Assembly (NCBI GenBank): GCA_049515895.1 | Contig: JBEKTQ010000023.1 | Location: forward strand, 14,224-78,223 | Direction: 5' to 3' | Length of the DNA stretch: 64,000 bases | Source of the DNA: Candidatus Bathyarchaeia archaeon | Lineage (GTDB): Archaea; Thermoproteota; Bathyarchaeia; Bathyarchaeales; Bathycorpusculaceae | In this document: positions 9,305 to 19,081 of the stretch, one piece after another | How the letters are laid out: the number at the start of each line of letters is the position of its first letter | Position numbering within the stretch: the stretch's first letter is position 1 | Position numbers and translations under genes: made by a program | Notes under the pieces: model-generated | The model's database searches: none | Told to the model about the DNA's origin: nothing | Seen by the model: only the letters and a program-made list of their open reading frames with translations

Positions 9305-9392
9305 TTTCTCAGAGCACACCCAAGTGGTTTTCGTTCTTTTTTGAAAAGCACACGATAATTCTCTAAAAGAAGAAAATAAAAAGAGAGTTTCT

Positions 9393-10673
9393 TTAGCTTG
9401 CAGCTGTGGCAGTTACTGAGGCCGTTTGGAAGCCTTCCCCTGACAGCTGTATTGTGTAGCTGTTGCCAACGATGGGTGTTATTGAAGTGTCGCTGAGATC
9501 ACGTAGGAAACCATAGGGCAGCGATACGACTCCTGTGAAGCTTAAGGTGACTGATTGACCGGGTTGCACGACAACGTAAGAAGATTCTGCAGCGCCTGTT
9601 CTGTCATCGGGTAAACGAGTAATCGGATTAATCGGTTGCATTCCTCGCCCCATGCCAAGCCTCTCCATCGGTACTAAGAAAGGTCCATTTGTTTGGGGTT
9701 CATAGCTTGTTCCAACAACTGAAGGGGAACTGATGTCGTGGGGAATCATCGGTTGCATTAATCCAGGGCCAAAGGGCGGAACCAGTGAGGTGCCATTGAT
9801 TCTGAAGGGCATCATTGTTGTGCCAAATTGTTGGCCCATTCTGACGCCTGGCATATAGAAGTCTGGCTGGTTGAAGGGTGTGTTAAATTCGCCGCTGAGG
9901 GCTACTCCAAAGATTCTGAAGGTTATGTCGCCACTGTTCTGCATCGTTACAGAGAGGCTTGTCACGTTACCCTTAACTGAAAGCGAGGCTGACGAGATTG
10001 AGAGGTCGCTTGAGACACTTTGGACAACGCGGATCATTCTTTCTCTATTGTATTCTCCCAGCTTAACGATTGTTCCGACTCTGATTTGAGCCGAGCTAAG
10101 ACCATTGACTACCACTGCGTTTGCGCTTGGAACTAGCACATAATAGCTAACGGGATTTCCATTAGCGTCGTCAGATCGGATCTGCACCAGCGTGGGGTTG
10201 AAGTCGACGAGCACGCCTGAGAGGGTTTGGTTAACTTGGGCGTTTGCGATCTGCAACACCATGGTGTCTGAAAGAGTTGTGAGGTCGTAGGAAGTTCCGT
10301 TAATCTCAGCTTTCACGTTGGCGATTGTGAACTGAACCTTGTCTACTGTGGAGTTGAATGGGATTGTGGCTGAGGCAAGAGTTTGGGTCAAATTAACAAG
10401 CGCAAAAGAGTTGACGGTTCCTGAACCTGCGACGGAGAGCCATTGAGAGGTGCCATCGCTTTGGACGACATGTAATGAAAGGGCTGAGTAAGTGAAGTTG
10501 AGCTGAGTTGTTCCAGCAGGCACGGTCGGCGGATCGGTGAGCATTATTGCAAAATTAGATTTCGCAGAAACCTTAGGCAGAAAACTTGGGTTAGCGAACA
10601 TCGCGACGGCGATTACCAAAATAGCTGCTAATACTGCGGCTACTCCATATTTAAAGGTCCATTTTCTGTACAT
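9393..10673 (-). CDS. DUF4382-like secreted protein
   Basis: N-terminal TM, MLTDPP motif, beta-rich domains. Confidence 0.7.
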   Translation of the reverse strand: MYRKWTFKYGVAAVLAAILVIAVAMFANPSFLPKVSAKSNFAIMLTDPPTVPAGTTQLNFTYSALSLHVVQSDGTSQWLSVAGSGTVNSFALVNLTQTLASATIPFNSTVDKVQFTIANVKAEINGTSYDLTTLSDTMVLQIANAQVNQTLSGVLVDFNPTLVQIRSDDANGNPVSYYVLVPSANAVVVNGLSSAQIRVGTIVKLGEYNRERMIRVVQSVSSDLSISSASLSVKGNVTSLSVTMQNSGDITFRIFGVALSGEFNTPFNQPDFYMPGVRMGQQFGTTMMPFRINGTSLVPPFGPGLMQPMIPHDISSPSVVGTSYEPQTNGPFLVPMERLGMGRGMQPINPITRLPDDRTGAAESSYVVVQPGQSVTLSFTGVVSLPYGFLRDLSDTSITPIVGNSYTIQLSGEGFQTASVTATAAS

Positions 10674-10783
10674 TTTTCATCGATAAGCAATTGGCAGAAT
10701 CTCTTTAAAACCTACATTTTTTAAAACCCGTTAAAAACCCTTTAACAAGCTTTCAAAACCCTTTAATCATTAAGCTAAAGGAA

Positions 10784-10843
10784 CTGAGGATAAGTAAAAC
10801 CGGAAAGCCTTTCCCTCTATATCCCCAAATTTTCTGAAGACCA
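10784..10843. repeat. right-half copy of the ~150-bp element
   Basis: CTGAGGATAAGTAAAACCGGAAAGCCTTTCCCTCTAT...AAATTTTCTGAAGACC matches the right arm of copy 4. Confidence 0.7.
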
Positions 10844-10943
10844 TGCGCGTACCCAAATAGGTTGTGCCTTATGCGGTCATAGGAAACTCGCTGTATCACG
10901 AAGGTGAGAACCCTTTTATAGCCAACTTTTCAGAGTCATACTG

Positions 10944-11246
10944 GTGATAATTTTGTCGAATTTTATTGTTCTAGGAAACTGGACTGAACAGGGCATAAAA
11001 AATGTCGCAGAGGTTCCGGAAAGAGTCAAGCAAAGCAGAAAAATGATTGAAAATGCCGGCGGAAAAATGCAGTTCTTCACAACCATGGGGAAATATGATT
11101 TTGTGCTTCTAGTTGAAATTCCAAAGGATGAAGACATGGCGGCAATAGCTTTGTGCTTAGGCAGCATGGGAAACATCCGCACAATAACTATGAAAGCTTG
11201 GACAGAGGCAGAAGCAACCAAACTGTTCACGACACCTCACCCATAG
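10944..11246 (+). CDS. GYD domain protein
   Basis: WTEQG.KN......R.......GGK...F.TMG.YD....E.P....G..RT.T..A. Confidence 0.85.
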   Translation: MIILSNFIVLGNWTEQGIKNVAEVPERVKQSRKMIENAGGKMQFFTTMGKYDFVLLVEIPKDEDMAAIALCLGSMGNIRTITMKAWTEAEATKLFTTPHP

Positions 11247-11375
11247 CTTTACTTTAACCCTTTTCAACCTCTAACTTTTTTCTTCGCTAAAGCCATCTTT
11301 TCATTTTGTTTCAAATTAGCCACAGAACATGATGGTTTATCAGTTAGCAAGAGAAAATAATCTAGTGGGTTTTTC

Positions 11376-12287
11376 ATGATAACAATTATCGGGGCTGGAA
11401 AAGTGGGCAGCGAAGCAGCCTACAATATTTTACAAGACAGAATAAGCGACGTGGTCTTAATTGACTTGTATCAAGAACTCGCGCAGGGCGAAGCATTGGA
11501 CATGATGCAGGCAGCGCCAGCAATCGAGTTTGACGGAAAAATCCACGGCACAAACGACTTCAAAGAAATGGGAGGAAGCGAACTAGTCATCGTGGTTGCG
11601 GGACAAGGCCGAAAGCCAGACATGACCAGAATCGACCTCATGAACAACAACGCTAAAGTCATCCGCTCCATAGTGAAGGAAGTCGCGAAATATGCACCAG
11701 ACTGCAAGCTTATGATAGTCACCAACCCAGTAGACATTATGACCTTCATCGCACGCAAAGAATCAGGCTTGCCGCCTAACCACGTGTTTGGTATGGGCAA
11801 CATTCTGGATACACTCAGGTTCAGAAGCTACATTGCACAAGAACTGAACGTGTCCAGAGAGGACACATGCGCCTTAGTTATAGGCGAACATGGAGACAGC
11901 ATGGTTCCATTAGTGGAATACGCGTGTGTCTCGGGAATCCCCATAACCACACTGCTCACTAAAGAGCAAATTGCGAAGATAGTCCACCAGACGATAAATT
12001 CAGGCGCAGACGTCATCAAACTCAAGGGTAGCACAATCTATGCTCCAGCAGCAGTCATCGCCATGATGGCAGACTCCGTTCTTAAAGGCAGAAACCGGGT
12101 CATGAGCGTGTCAACATGCCCAAGCGGCGAATACGGCTGTAGCAATTATTCAATAGGCGTACCAGTGGTTCTTGGAAAAAATGGAGTGGAAAGGATAATA
12201 GAACTCGAACTCGCATCCGAATCAAAACAGCGCTTCGAAAAATCCATAGAAACGATAAAAACTGCCATTACACAGCTACAGTTCTAG
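11376..12287 (+). CDS. mdh: malate dehydrogenase (LDH/MDH family)
   Basis: IIGAGKVG Rossmann motif, RKPDMTRIDL substrate loop, VTNPVD, LDTLRF, IGEHGD. Confidence 0.9.
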   Translation: MITIIGAGKVGSEAAYNILQDRISDVVLIDLYQELAQGEALDMMQAAPAIEFDGKIHGTNDFKEMGGSELVIVVAGQGRKPDMTRIDLMNNNAKVIRSIVKEVAKYAPDCKLMIVTNPVDIMTFIARKESGLPPNHVFGMGNILDTLRFRSYIAQELNVSREDTCALVIGEHGDSMVPLVEYACVSGIPITTLLTKEQIAKIVHQTINSGADVIKLKGSTIYAPAAVIAMMADSVLKGRNRVMSVSTCPSGEYGCSNYSIGVPVVLGKNGVERIIELELASESKQRFEKSIETIKTAITQLQF

Positions 12288-12451
12288 TCGTTCAGTGATA
12301 ATCTTTTCATAGACTTGGCGGTTCGCAGCAGTTCTTCTTCTTTGTCATCTGAATCACTTATTGTGCCAGGAGAGAGACCGTTTCTTGCGCGCTTGCGTAG
12401 AGAAATAAAGGTGTTTCAACTCTAATTATTGGAGAATACCGATTCTAAAAG

Positions 12452-13189
12452 GTGCAGATAATGAGTAAAACTACAGGAGACGATTTCCAAATTGAGACAA
12501 AGTACACCCGCCACAATATCCTCGGTGGCAACTTGGACTGGAGAAACAAACCAGAAACATACAAAAGCTACCCAGGGAGCAAAACCGTTCAATTACCCGA
12601 CCAGCTAAAAGAGGCCACCCTTAACTTTGCTGAAGTTCTCACGAGACGCAAGAGCATTCGAGCCTTCTCAACACAGCCTTTAACGAGAGCTGAGTTGGGT
12701 TTCCTTCTTTGGGCATCGACCGGCATCCAAAGAATAGAACACGGTTACGAGTTCCGAACCGCTCCGTCGGCTGGCGCATTATACCCCATCGAGACATACA
12801 TAGCCGCTAACAACGTGGAAAATGTGGATTGTGGCATTTACCATTACAACATAAAGAATCATCAGTTAGAAGAATTAAAGACCGGAAGTTTTGGCGCAGA
12901 CTTAGCCCACGCTGCTTTGGACCAAGAGATGTGTGCAACCGCATCTGCCGTGTTCATCTGGACCGCTGTATTTAGGAGGTCAAAGTGGAAATACAAGCAG
13001 AGAGCCTACAGATACATCTATTTGGATGCAGGACACGTAGCCGAGAACTTGGCGTTGGCAACGGCAAGCATCAATTGTGGCTCCTGCCAAGTCGGGGCTT
13101 TCTTTGACGATGAAATTAACTCGATAGTGGTTATAGATGGAACGGAAGAAAGCGCAATTTGCCTTAGCGTAGTCGGCCATTCCAAATAA
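12452..13189 (+). CDS. SagB/ThcOx-family nitroreductase-like dehydrogenase
   Basis: RRKSIRAF, RTAPSAGALYPIETY, YRYIYLDAGHVAEN. Confidence 0.9.
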   Translation: MQIMSKTTGDDFQIETKYTRHNILGGNLDWRNKPETYKSYPGSKTVQLPDQLKEATLNFAEVLTRRKSIRAFSTQPLTRAELGFLLWASTGIQRIEHGYEFRTAPSAGALYPIETYIAANNVENVDCGIYHYNIKNHQLEELKTGSFGADLAHAALDQEMCATASAVFIWTAVFRRSKWKYKQRAYRYIYLDAGHVAENLALATASINCGSCQVGAFFDDEINSIVVIDGTEESAICLSVVGHSK

Positions 13190-13794
13190 CAGCTGGATTC
13201 TCAAGTTTCCAAATTAGCATGATGCCTTCTAGAAAGACCTGGATCTTAAATCGGCTAAAGCCTTCCTGCTTTTCTAGGTCGTCGGCAGAGTAGTAATGGC
13301 AGATTAGGAGGAGGAAGTCGCTGCCGTGGTTGAGCCAGGCTCGGACGTCTTCGGCTGGGGCAAATAACTTGCATTCAAAACAGTCTCCTGCAAAACACAC
13401 TGAACATCTTAAGGTAATGCCAAGTTTCTCAAGAATAACTCCAGTCCTGCAGCTGTCATAGACCTAAACAAGCCTACAAATTCCGCTCACTCGCGTCATC
13501 TGGGTACTTTTTAGCTAATTCGCTCATGTCAGCCTCAAACAACAGCACAAACCTGACCTCGCCAAGACCCACGACGAAAACAGACCGCAAATCCTTAGCT
13601 TGCCACAAAATCTCGTTAATGTTGAACTTGCCAAGGCGTTCTCTGAGCTTAGCTTCGTATTCCTGGGCTTGACGCTGCAAACGTTCAAACCCTTCCCGAT
13701 CAAACTCTTCCTTTTCAATTTTACTCACTATAATGTCCCTCCTCTGAATTCTTGTTATCATAATTATGATGGTTTTAAAAAATGCAAAAAACAA
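13190..13794 (-). pseudogene. decayed viral tail-assembly-chaperone-like gene pair (gpG/gpGT-like)
   Basis: ORF ...ELAKKYPDDASERNL* continues across stops and frameshifts as LFRSMTAA.LELS/EKL/ALP*DV..VLQETVLNASYLPQPKTSEPGSTTAATSSS*, overlapped in another frame by EDVRAWLNHGSDFLLLICHYY...FKIQVFLEGI. Confidence 0.45.
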
Positions 13795-13819
13795 TTGGAA
13801 TTGGAAAATATGCCATTAG

Positions 13820-14665
13820 TTAATTGGCAGTATTGATATATAGCAAAGCTCCGTTAGGCTGGAAATCAGCGAAGAATACGCCATGACCAGTGTTGCCGCT
13901 TTGATATCCGCCGGTAAGTAGCATTGTCATGCCTTGATAAGATCCATACTTTTCCCACTGAATGGATATGCTTAATGTGTTTATGTTTGGGGGGGTTCCC
14001 GTCTTGTTCTGGTATGCTTCAATTGCACCTTTGTCGAACGAGTTTAGACCCAAGGAGTCAATCTGCTTTAGACTATCCGTATCTGTTTGCTGTGAAGGAT
14101 AAATTAGAGATGATGGTCTTCCACCCCAAGTGGAAACTGATGCATGGTAAGGGTAGCCGTTGGAGGCAGCGAACCTGAAGGCTAAATTGGACGTTTGTTG
14201 ATAGAGCACCACTTCTATGCTTCCCTGTCCAAAAGGATCTAATGATATACCTTCAACCACCACTTTGCTTGGGTGCTCTAGCACGAGAAATGCGAAGGCT
14301 GGCGAATTTTCTACGCTTTGTATTATCTTGGTTAATGAAGCATTCAAAATGTTGGAATATGAAAGGGTAACTCCGGATTGCTGAGGTTCAAAGGACGGTG
14401 GGTAACCTGCATTCCAGAGTACAATTCCTTCAACGGCTGTGAAACTCACTGCGAAAATCATGACTGCGACTATCAAATACTTGAAAATTCGCCTAACAGT
14501 GCCGCGAGAAACTAGCCAAACTAACCCGCCGATCACAGTTACACTGAGCACAAGAATCTCTATCCAAGAGTTGCTCAGGACAACAACCGAGGTGAACAGA
14601 CCTATGGCTATCAGAATTCCTATAATGATGCTCTTACTGATTTCTTTTTTGTCGGTTGAAGTCAT
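13820..14665 (-). CDS. hypothetical membrane protein (3 N-terminal TMs plus extracellular domain)
   Basis: 281-aa ORF, hydropathy pattern. Confidence 0.8.
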   Translation of the reverse strand: MTSTDKKEISKSIIIGILIAIGLFTSVVVLSNSWIEILVLSVTVIGGLVWLVSRGTVRRIFKYLIVAVMIFAVSFTAVEGIVLWNAGYPPSFEPQQSGVTLSYSNILNASLTKIIQSVENSPAFAFLVLEHPSKVVVEGISLDPFGQGSIEVVLYQQTSNLAFRFAASNGYPYHASVSTWGGRPSSLIYPSQQTDTDSLKQIDSLGLNSFDKGAIEAYQNKTGTPPNINTLSISIQWEKYGSYQGMTMLLTGGYQSGNTGHGVFFADFQPNGALLYINTAN

Positions 14666-14719
14666 TACTCAAGCCCCTAACGTGTTTATTGAAATGTGCT
14701 CGAATATAATGCAACACTT

Positions 14720-14736
14720 TTGTACAAATGTACAAC
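14720..14736. promoter_or_regulatory. tandem TGTACA operator upstream of the 13820-14665 gene
   Basis: TTGTACAAATGTACAA; similar double site at 15340-15359. Confidence 0.45.
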
Positions 14737-14751
14737 TTTCAAATATCGTGG

Positions 14752-15204
14752 TCAAACCAGTTTTTGTTTCCATATTCGAACACATTCATAAATTGTAACT
14801 AGAATGGCTGTTAATCCAATGAGAGTTGCGAGAATATTGCTCGGATTAAGCTGGAAAGAACCTTCAACCCAAACTGAAATAACATATAGCAGGAAAAGGG
14901 TTGAGAAAAATGCCGCATAAAAAACATACCGAGGCAAAAGCAAGGAGCCAAACTTTACAAGTTGCGTCAATACGCCAACCTTAACCTCTTTTGTCAAAAC
15001 ATAACCTTCGGTTGTTTTTTCGATTAAATGCAGACTCTCAAGTTTCTCCAAGTGGTATGTGGCAAGACCTGGGCTTGAGAAATCCAGTTTTCTCTGCACT
15101 TCCCTAGCACCCATCGCACGGCCATTTCGCACTAAGCAAAGGTAGACAAGCAAGGTGTTTCCTCTCAATTCACTAAAAGCCTTTAAGTCCTCTTCTTTGC
15201 TCAA
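14752..15204 (-). CDS. membrane-anchored wHTH transcriptional regulator
   Basis: LRGNTL.VY.....G.REVQR.L.FSSP.LA.YHL.KL followed by two C-terminal TM helices. Confidence 0.85.
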   Translation of the reverse strand: MSKEEDLKAFSELRGNTLLVYLCLVRNGRAMGAREVQRKLDFSSPGLATYHLEKLESLHLIEKTTEGYVLTKEVKVGVLTQLVKFGSLLLPRYVFYAAFFSTLFLLYVISVWVEGSFQLNPSNILATLIGLTAILVTIYECVRIWKQKLV

Positions 15205-15339
15205 CCAGTAGTTCTCCGTTTTACCATCAAGGAATAGTGTCCTTTGCTAATCTTTTTTTATGGTCACTTATCGTTTTGGAATGGCATCGTTCTCCTGTTT
15301 TTAATAGGCGATTGATATTTAATATATCGTTTTTGAACA

Positions 15340-15359
15340 ATTGTACAAAACCATTGTAC
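15340..15359. promoter_or_regulatory. tandem TGTAC(A) operator upstream of the wHTH-TM gene
   Basis: ATTGTACAAAACCATTGTAC next to TTTAATATA. Confidence 0.45.
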
Positions 15360-15654
15360 TTTCGATTTATTCGATTTTCTTTCTCGTTGGTTTAAGAGAA
15401 ATAGGAAAAAAGCGAATTCTTAGAAGTTGCCGACTGCGCTTAGGATGCCTTTGGCGGTGAAGCTGTTGCTTGTTGCGCTTTTCTGATCTCATTTTAGATC
15501 TAACTGTGCGATAACCACGTTGCTGAACGTGTAATTCAGGTTGCCTGCACACGCGGGGACGCTGCTAAAGTCGTTTTGCCTGTTAACTTGTTGACTATCC
15601 GAGGAACTTAGCTTAGATAAGTGGATATTTGATTGAATGAAATAAACTACAAAA

Positions 15655-16743
15655 TTACGGGGAATCTGTCCATACTGGCGTTACGGTATAGTTGGAAACA
15701 AATTCTGGCGAATAAATTGTCATCCCGATTGACGCCGAGTTTGAGCTGCTGTAGGAATCGAAGCCGTATCCGCTATTAATTGTTGGAAGTTTTGGTGGAT
15801 TTGTGTAAGTTGATGAATCATAGGTAAACGTTCCCCCTTCCGCTGGAACGGTCATGTTAATTTCTAATTTACCCTCTGCGTTGTAAGCTACAATGTGCAG
15901 CCCCGCGTTATACGCTGCCCCTTCTCCAGTGTTGGTCACTGACCCAACGATGAAAAGGCTGTTTTCAAAACTTACCCCGTACTGAGTGGTAGCTGGATAC
16001 TCCTTCATATTCAAGGAAGCAACAAGATTAGCCGTTGATAGGCTTGCTATCATGGCGTTGAGATTTTCCACTTGATTTTCTAGATAGGCTACTTGGCTGC
16101 TCAACGGCTGGTTTTGACTGAGAACAGTTGGAGCGTATGACCAGCAGACAGGTGTTATAGTCCAATTGTCGACGGCGCCTTCGTGGAATATGTTTATACC
16201 GACATTCGTGGTTTGTCCGCTGTCCAAAATTTGAAGCACCAGGCTGCTGTTCCCATAATTTTTTGAGACAAAAGCGTTAGTTGCGTTGTCACTTCCAAAA
16301 ATTGTACCAGTGAAGGGAACGGTCAGGTTTACTTCTAATGTGCCATTCGCGGCGTAGGCAACCACCTGCAACCCCGCGTTAACCGCGTAGCCTTTTCCCG
16401 TGTTAGTGACTGAACCTTCGATCCAAAGGTAATTATATGGAACGGGAGTGGGCACTAAGCCGCCCATGTAACTGCTATTAGCGCCTATCATTTCATGTGT
16501 TTCCAATGAGGTCACAAGATTTGCCAACGTCAAATTCTCCACTATCCCGGTGAGGTTGGCTAGTTGACCTTTTAGGCTTAAAATTTGAGCTTTTAAAGTC
16601 GATGTTTGATCTGAAACTTGAGATTGATTGTTTACTTGTTTGGAATTTCGCTGATTTACTATGTTAAAGTAAACTATTCCAGCGATTACACTGAGGAAGA
16701 GCGCAACGACTATCAACGCATATGCTTTTCTCCTACTGAGCAT
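15655..16743 (-). CDS. membrane-anchored protein with duplicated coiled-coil plus FxLYD-like beta domain
   Basis: Two copies of ANLV.SL...L.I.GSVTNTG.G.A.NAGL..VAY.A.G.LE.N.TVP...TPVW. Confidence 0.85.
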   Translation of the reverse strand: MLSRRKAYALIVVALFLSVIAGIVYFNIVNQRNSKQVNNQSQVSDQTSTLKAQILSLKGQLANLTGIVENLTLANLVTSLETHEMIGANSSYMGGLVPTPVPYNYLWIEGSVTNTGKGYAVNAGLQVVAYAANGTLEVNLTVPFTGTIFGSDNATNAFVSKNYGNSSLVLQILDSGQTTNVGINIFHEGAVDNWTITPVCWSYAPTVLSQNQPLSSQVAYLENQVENLNAMIASLSTANLVASLNMKEYPATTQYGVSFENSLFIVGSVTNTGEGAAYNAGLHIVAYNAEGKLEINMTVPAEGGTFTYDSSTYTNPPKLPTINSGYGFDSYSSSNSASIGMTIYSPEFVSNYTVTPVWTDSP

Positions 16744-16871
16744 ACTTGGTCAATGGATTTACTCACGATAAAAGTGTTTTTGTATAGATCTCTTGACTAA
16801 ACCGCGATTATTCAGTCAACATTTATTGACCAAGTCGGAATAATCGCCGACTGCGATTAATATAGGCGCCC

Positions 16872-17738
16872 TCAAAAAAATAGATTAAAAATAGGGGCTT
16901 GACTTGAGCGTTTGTGCCGTTTTAAGTAAACTAACAAAACAACACTCACCCCAACGACCACAACTGCTCCTAAAATAACAGCAACAGTTGCAGTTGGGAA
17001 AGGCTCTGGCTTCGTAATGACGAAAGTAACTGTCTTGGGTGTTGCTGTGTTGCAATAAGTATCGTTAGCGTAAATAGTTAGGGTATGTGAGCCATTAGTT
17101 AATCCGGTTAGAGTTGTATTTCCAACAATTGTCACGTTTGCTTGCCCATCTAAACTGTATCCAATCCATTGAGATGGTTTTGAGAGGGTGAAATTTAACG
17201 ATATGTTACTTGATAAAAAGGTTCCGTTTTCAAGTGATAAGTATGAAATCTGAGGTGGAGAAGGGGTAGGATAAGGTGAAGGGGAAGGCGTTGGCGGAGG
17301 AGATTCAGTGGGTGATTGGGAGACGATGACATACAATGGCAACGGACCCAAGCCGTACGTATCGTTTAAGGAGTCGGTTACTTCACATGAAATATCGTAT
17401 GTTCCAGGTGCCGATTCGACGAAATCGAATGTTGATGAGGTAGCTCCCGGAAACGCAAGCAAAGGTCCGAGAGCTGGAAGATTGTAAGACACCCCTGGCT
17501 TCCAAGTAGTCCACAACTGAGTATACCACTGATAAGTGTACGGCGGATTCCCGCCACCAACCGTCACAGTTATTTCAACGTGTTGATTCACAAGCGCTGT
17601 GGTGGATGTCTGCTCTACATCTATGGATGTGGGTCCTCTTGCCACGACGGCATGAACGCCGGTAATAATTGAAGCTGAGAGCCCAAAAACAAGAACTGTA
17701 AGCAGAACAATTCCTTTTTGCATCATCATGCCTTGCAC
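16872..17738 (-). CDS. secreted Ig-like surface protein with C-terminal TM anchor
   Basis: GG.PPYTYQWY, YSLDGQ.NVTI.GNTTL..L..GSH.L..YAND, PEPFPT followed by TM and basic tail. Confidence 0.85.
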   Translation of the reverse strand: MQGMMMQKGIVLLTVLVFGLSASIITGVHAVVARGPTSIDVEQTSTTALVNQHVEITVTVGGGNPPYTYQWYTQLWTTWKPGVSYNLPALGPLLAFPGATSSTFDFVESAPGTYDISCEVTDSLNDTYGLGPLPLYVIVSQSPTESPPPTPSPSPYPTPSPPQISYLSLENGTFLSSNISLNFTLSKPSQWIGYSLDGQANVTIVGNTTLTGLTNGSHTLTIYANDTYCNTATPKTVTFVITKPEPFPTATVAVILGAVVVVGVSVVLLVYLKRHKRSSQAPIFNLFF

Positions 17739-17894
17739 TATGTACAGTCAAAGTGACTTTTAGTTCTACTCAAGGAACAGAACGTTCCAGAGCTGGAACA
17801 CTTGTGCTGAATGCGCTTTTTTGATCCCATTTTAAATCCAGCTGCGTGATGGCTACGTTGCTTAAGGTATACTTCCGTGAGCGAAGGCTTATGG

Positions 17895-18002
17895 TTTGAA
17901 CCCAACAAACGTTCAAATCCCCCGGTTCATAGTGCGGTTTGAACCAGTTTGGCTTCAAGTTCCTTCGGACCTTTAAGGTATTGCAATGGGGCCCGGCGGG
18001 AT
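17895..18002. repeat. cluster of tRNA T-arm/3'-end-like fragments
   Basis: TTTGAACCC, GTTCAAATCCCCCGG, and TGGGGCCCGGCGGGAT (reverse complement ATCCCGCCGGGCCCCA). Confidence 0.45.
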
Positions 18003-18059
18003 ACGGCTTTACGACCGAGAAGAGAAAATGCTTTAAGCGGAGGGAAGTAATTTGGTGTT

Positions 18060-18512
18060 ATGCCAAAATTTGATGTTACTGATGAAGCCATCATTAGTGC
18101 TCCGCCTACAGTATTTTACAGAGCTCTTTTGGATGAGTACGCAGGGGTCACACATTGGTGGATGCCTTATTTTGAATTTAAGCCAAGAGGAGATAAACCA
18201 ATGGACCAGGAAGGCGCAATTTTTGACATAATAATTCACGATAAAATGACACTAAAGTTTTCTGCCAAGATAACAAAGATTGTGGAAGCTGAATCGATAG
18301 AAGAGGAATATGCGGGTGAGTTTGTGGGAACTGGAAAATGGACACTTGAGCCAACCTCAGATGGAAAGACAAAGGTTCAATTTCGTGTAAATGGCGAAAC
18401 CAAGAGACTATCTTTTGTTTTTCTCTCTCCATTCGTTGACATAGGAAAGAAGCATTCAATCGTGATTCAGAAAGGATTCAAAGCATGCAACAGTTACCTG
18501 TGCAAGAAATAG
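18060..18512 (+). CDS. SRPBCC (polyketide cyclase-like) family protein
   Basis: I.APP...Y..L.D.....WW.....G.W.LEP..G.T.V. Confidence 0.8.
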   Translation: MPKFDVTDEAIISAPPTVFYRALLDEYAGVTHWWMPYFEFKPRGDKPMDQEGAIFDIIIHDKMTLKFSAKITKIVEAESIEEEYAGEFVGTGKWTLEPTSDGKTKVQFRVNGETKRLSFVFLSPFVDIGKKHSIVIQKGFKACNSYLCKK

Positions 18513-18679
18513 CTTGTACTTCGGAAAAGATTCGTGCTGACGCTGTGACGTTTTCAGGTGCCAAAGTCACTAAGGTTGCCACACACACGGAAAGTACTCC
18601 CTTCGCAAGCATTTTTGGGAGCTCTGCTTGAGCTATCAAACCAAAACTCTTTAGTTATCATCCAGCTTACTGTGAAGGC

Positions 18680-19081
18680 ATGGTGACTATTAGACGCCCC
18701 TTGTATCTTACGCGTTTTGGAAAGCACGTTTTAGACGCTCGAAAGCATCTTCTGGAAACCGATTATGTTCAAGCATCAGAAGATGTTTGGGGAGCTTTAT
18801 CTTCGTTAGTAAATGCATGGTCAATAGTAGAGGTTGCATCAGTTGCGGTTAAAAAAGAAAAATTTGCTGAGCTGTTTCAACTGTTATTAAAGGAAGACTC
18901 CAATTTAAAACAGCTACTTCTCGATTCACACTTTGATAATCCCTTGCATTTTGCTTCGAAAACCGAAGGCTTACATCTTTACTTTTTGGGGAAAATGGAT
19001 TACCCAGAAGACTTCATGAAATCCACGTTAGAAGACTGTGTAAGGGTGCTTGAAGAAGTGGAGAAAGTACTGGCTAAGTAA
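18680..19081 (+). CDS. PaREP1/HEPN-like protein
   Basis: DYVQASEDVWGA.....A...LHLYF, helical. Confidence 0.6.
   Translation: MVTIRRPLYLTRFGKHVLDARKHLLETDYVQASEDVWGALSSLVNAWSIVEVASVAVKKEKFAELFQLLLKEDSNLKQLLLDSHFDNPLHFASKTEGLHLYFLGKMDYPEDFMKSTLEDCVRVLEEVEKVLAK

Noticed and set aside
12452-13189. RiPP (azole) biosynthesis cluster around the SagB-like gene
   Set aside because: No YcaO, E1-like protein or precursor peptide nearby; stand-alone SagB-type nitroreductases are common in archaea
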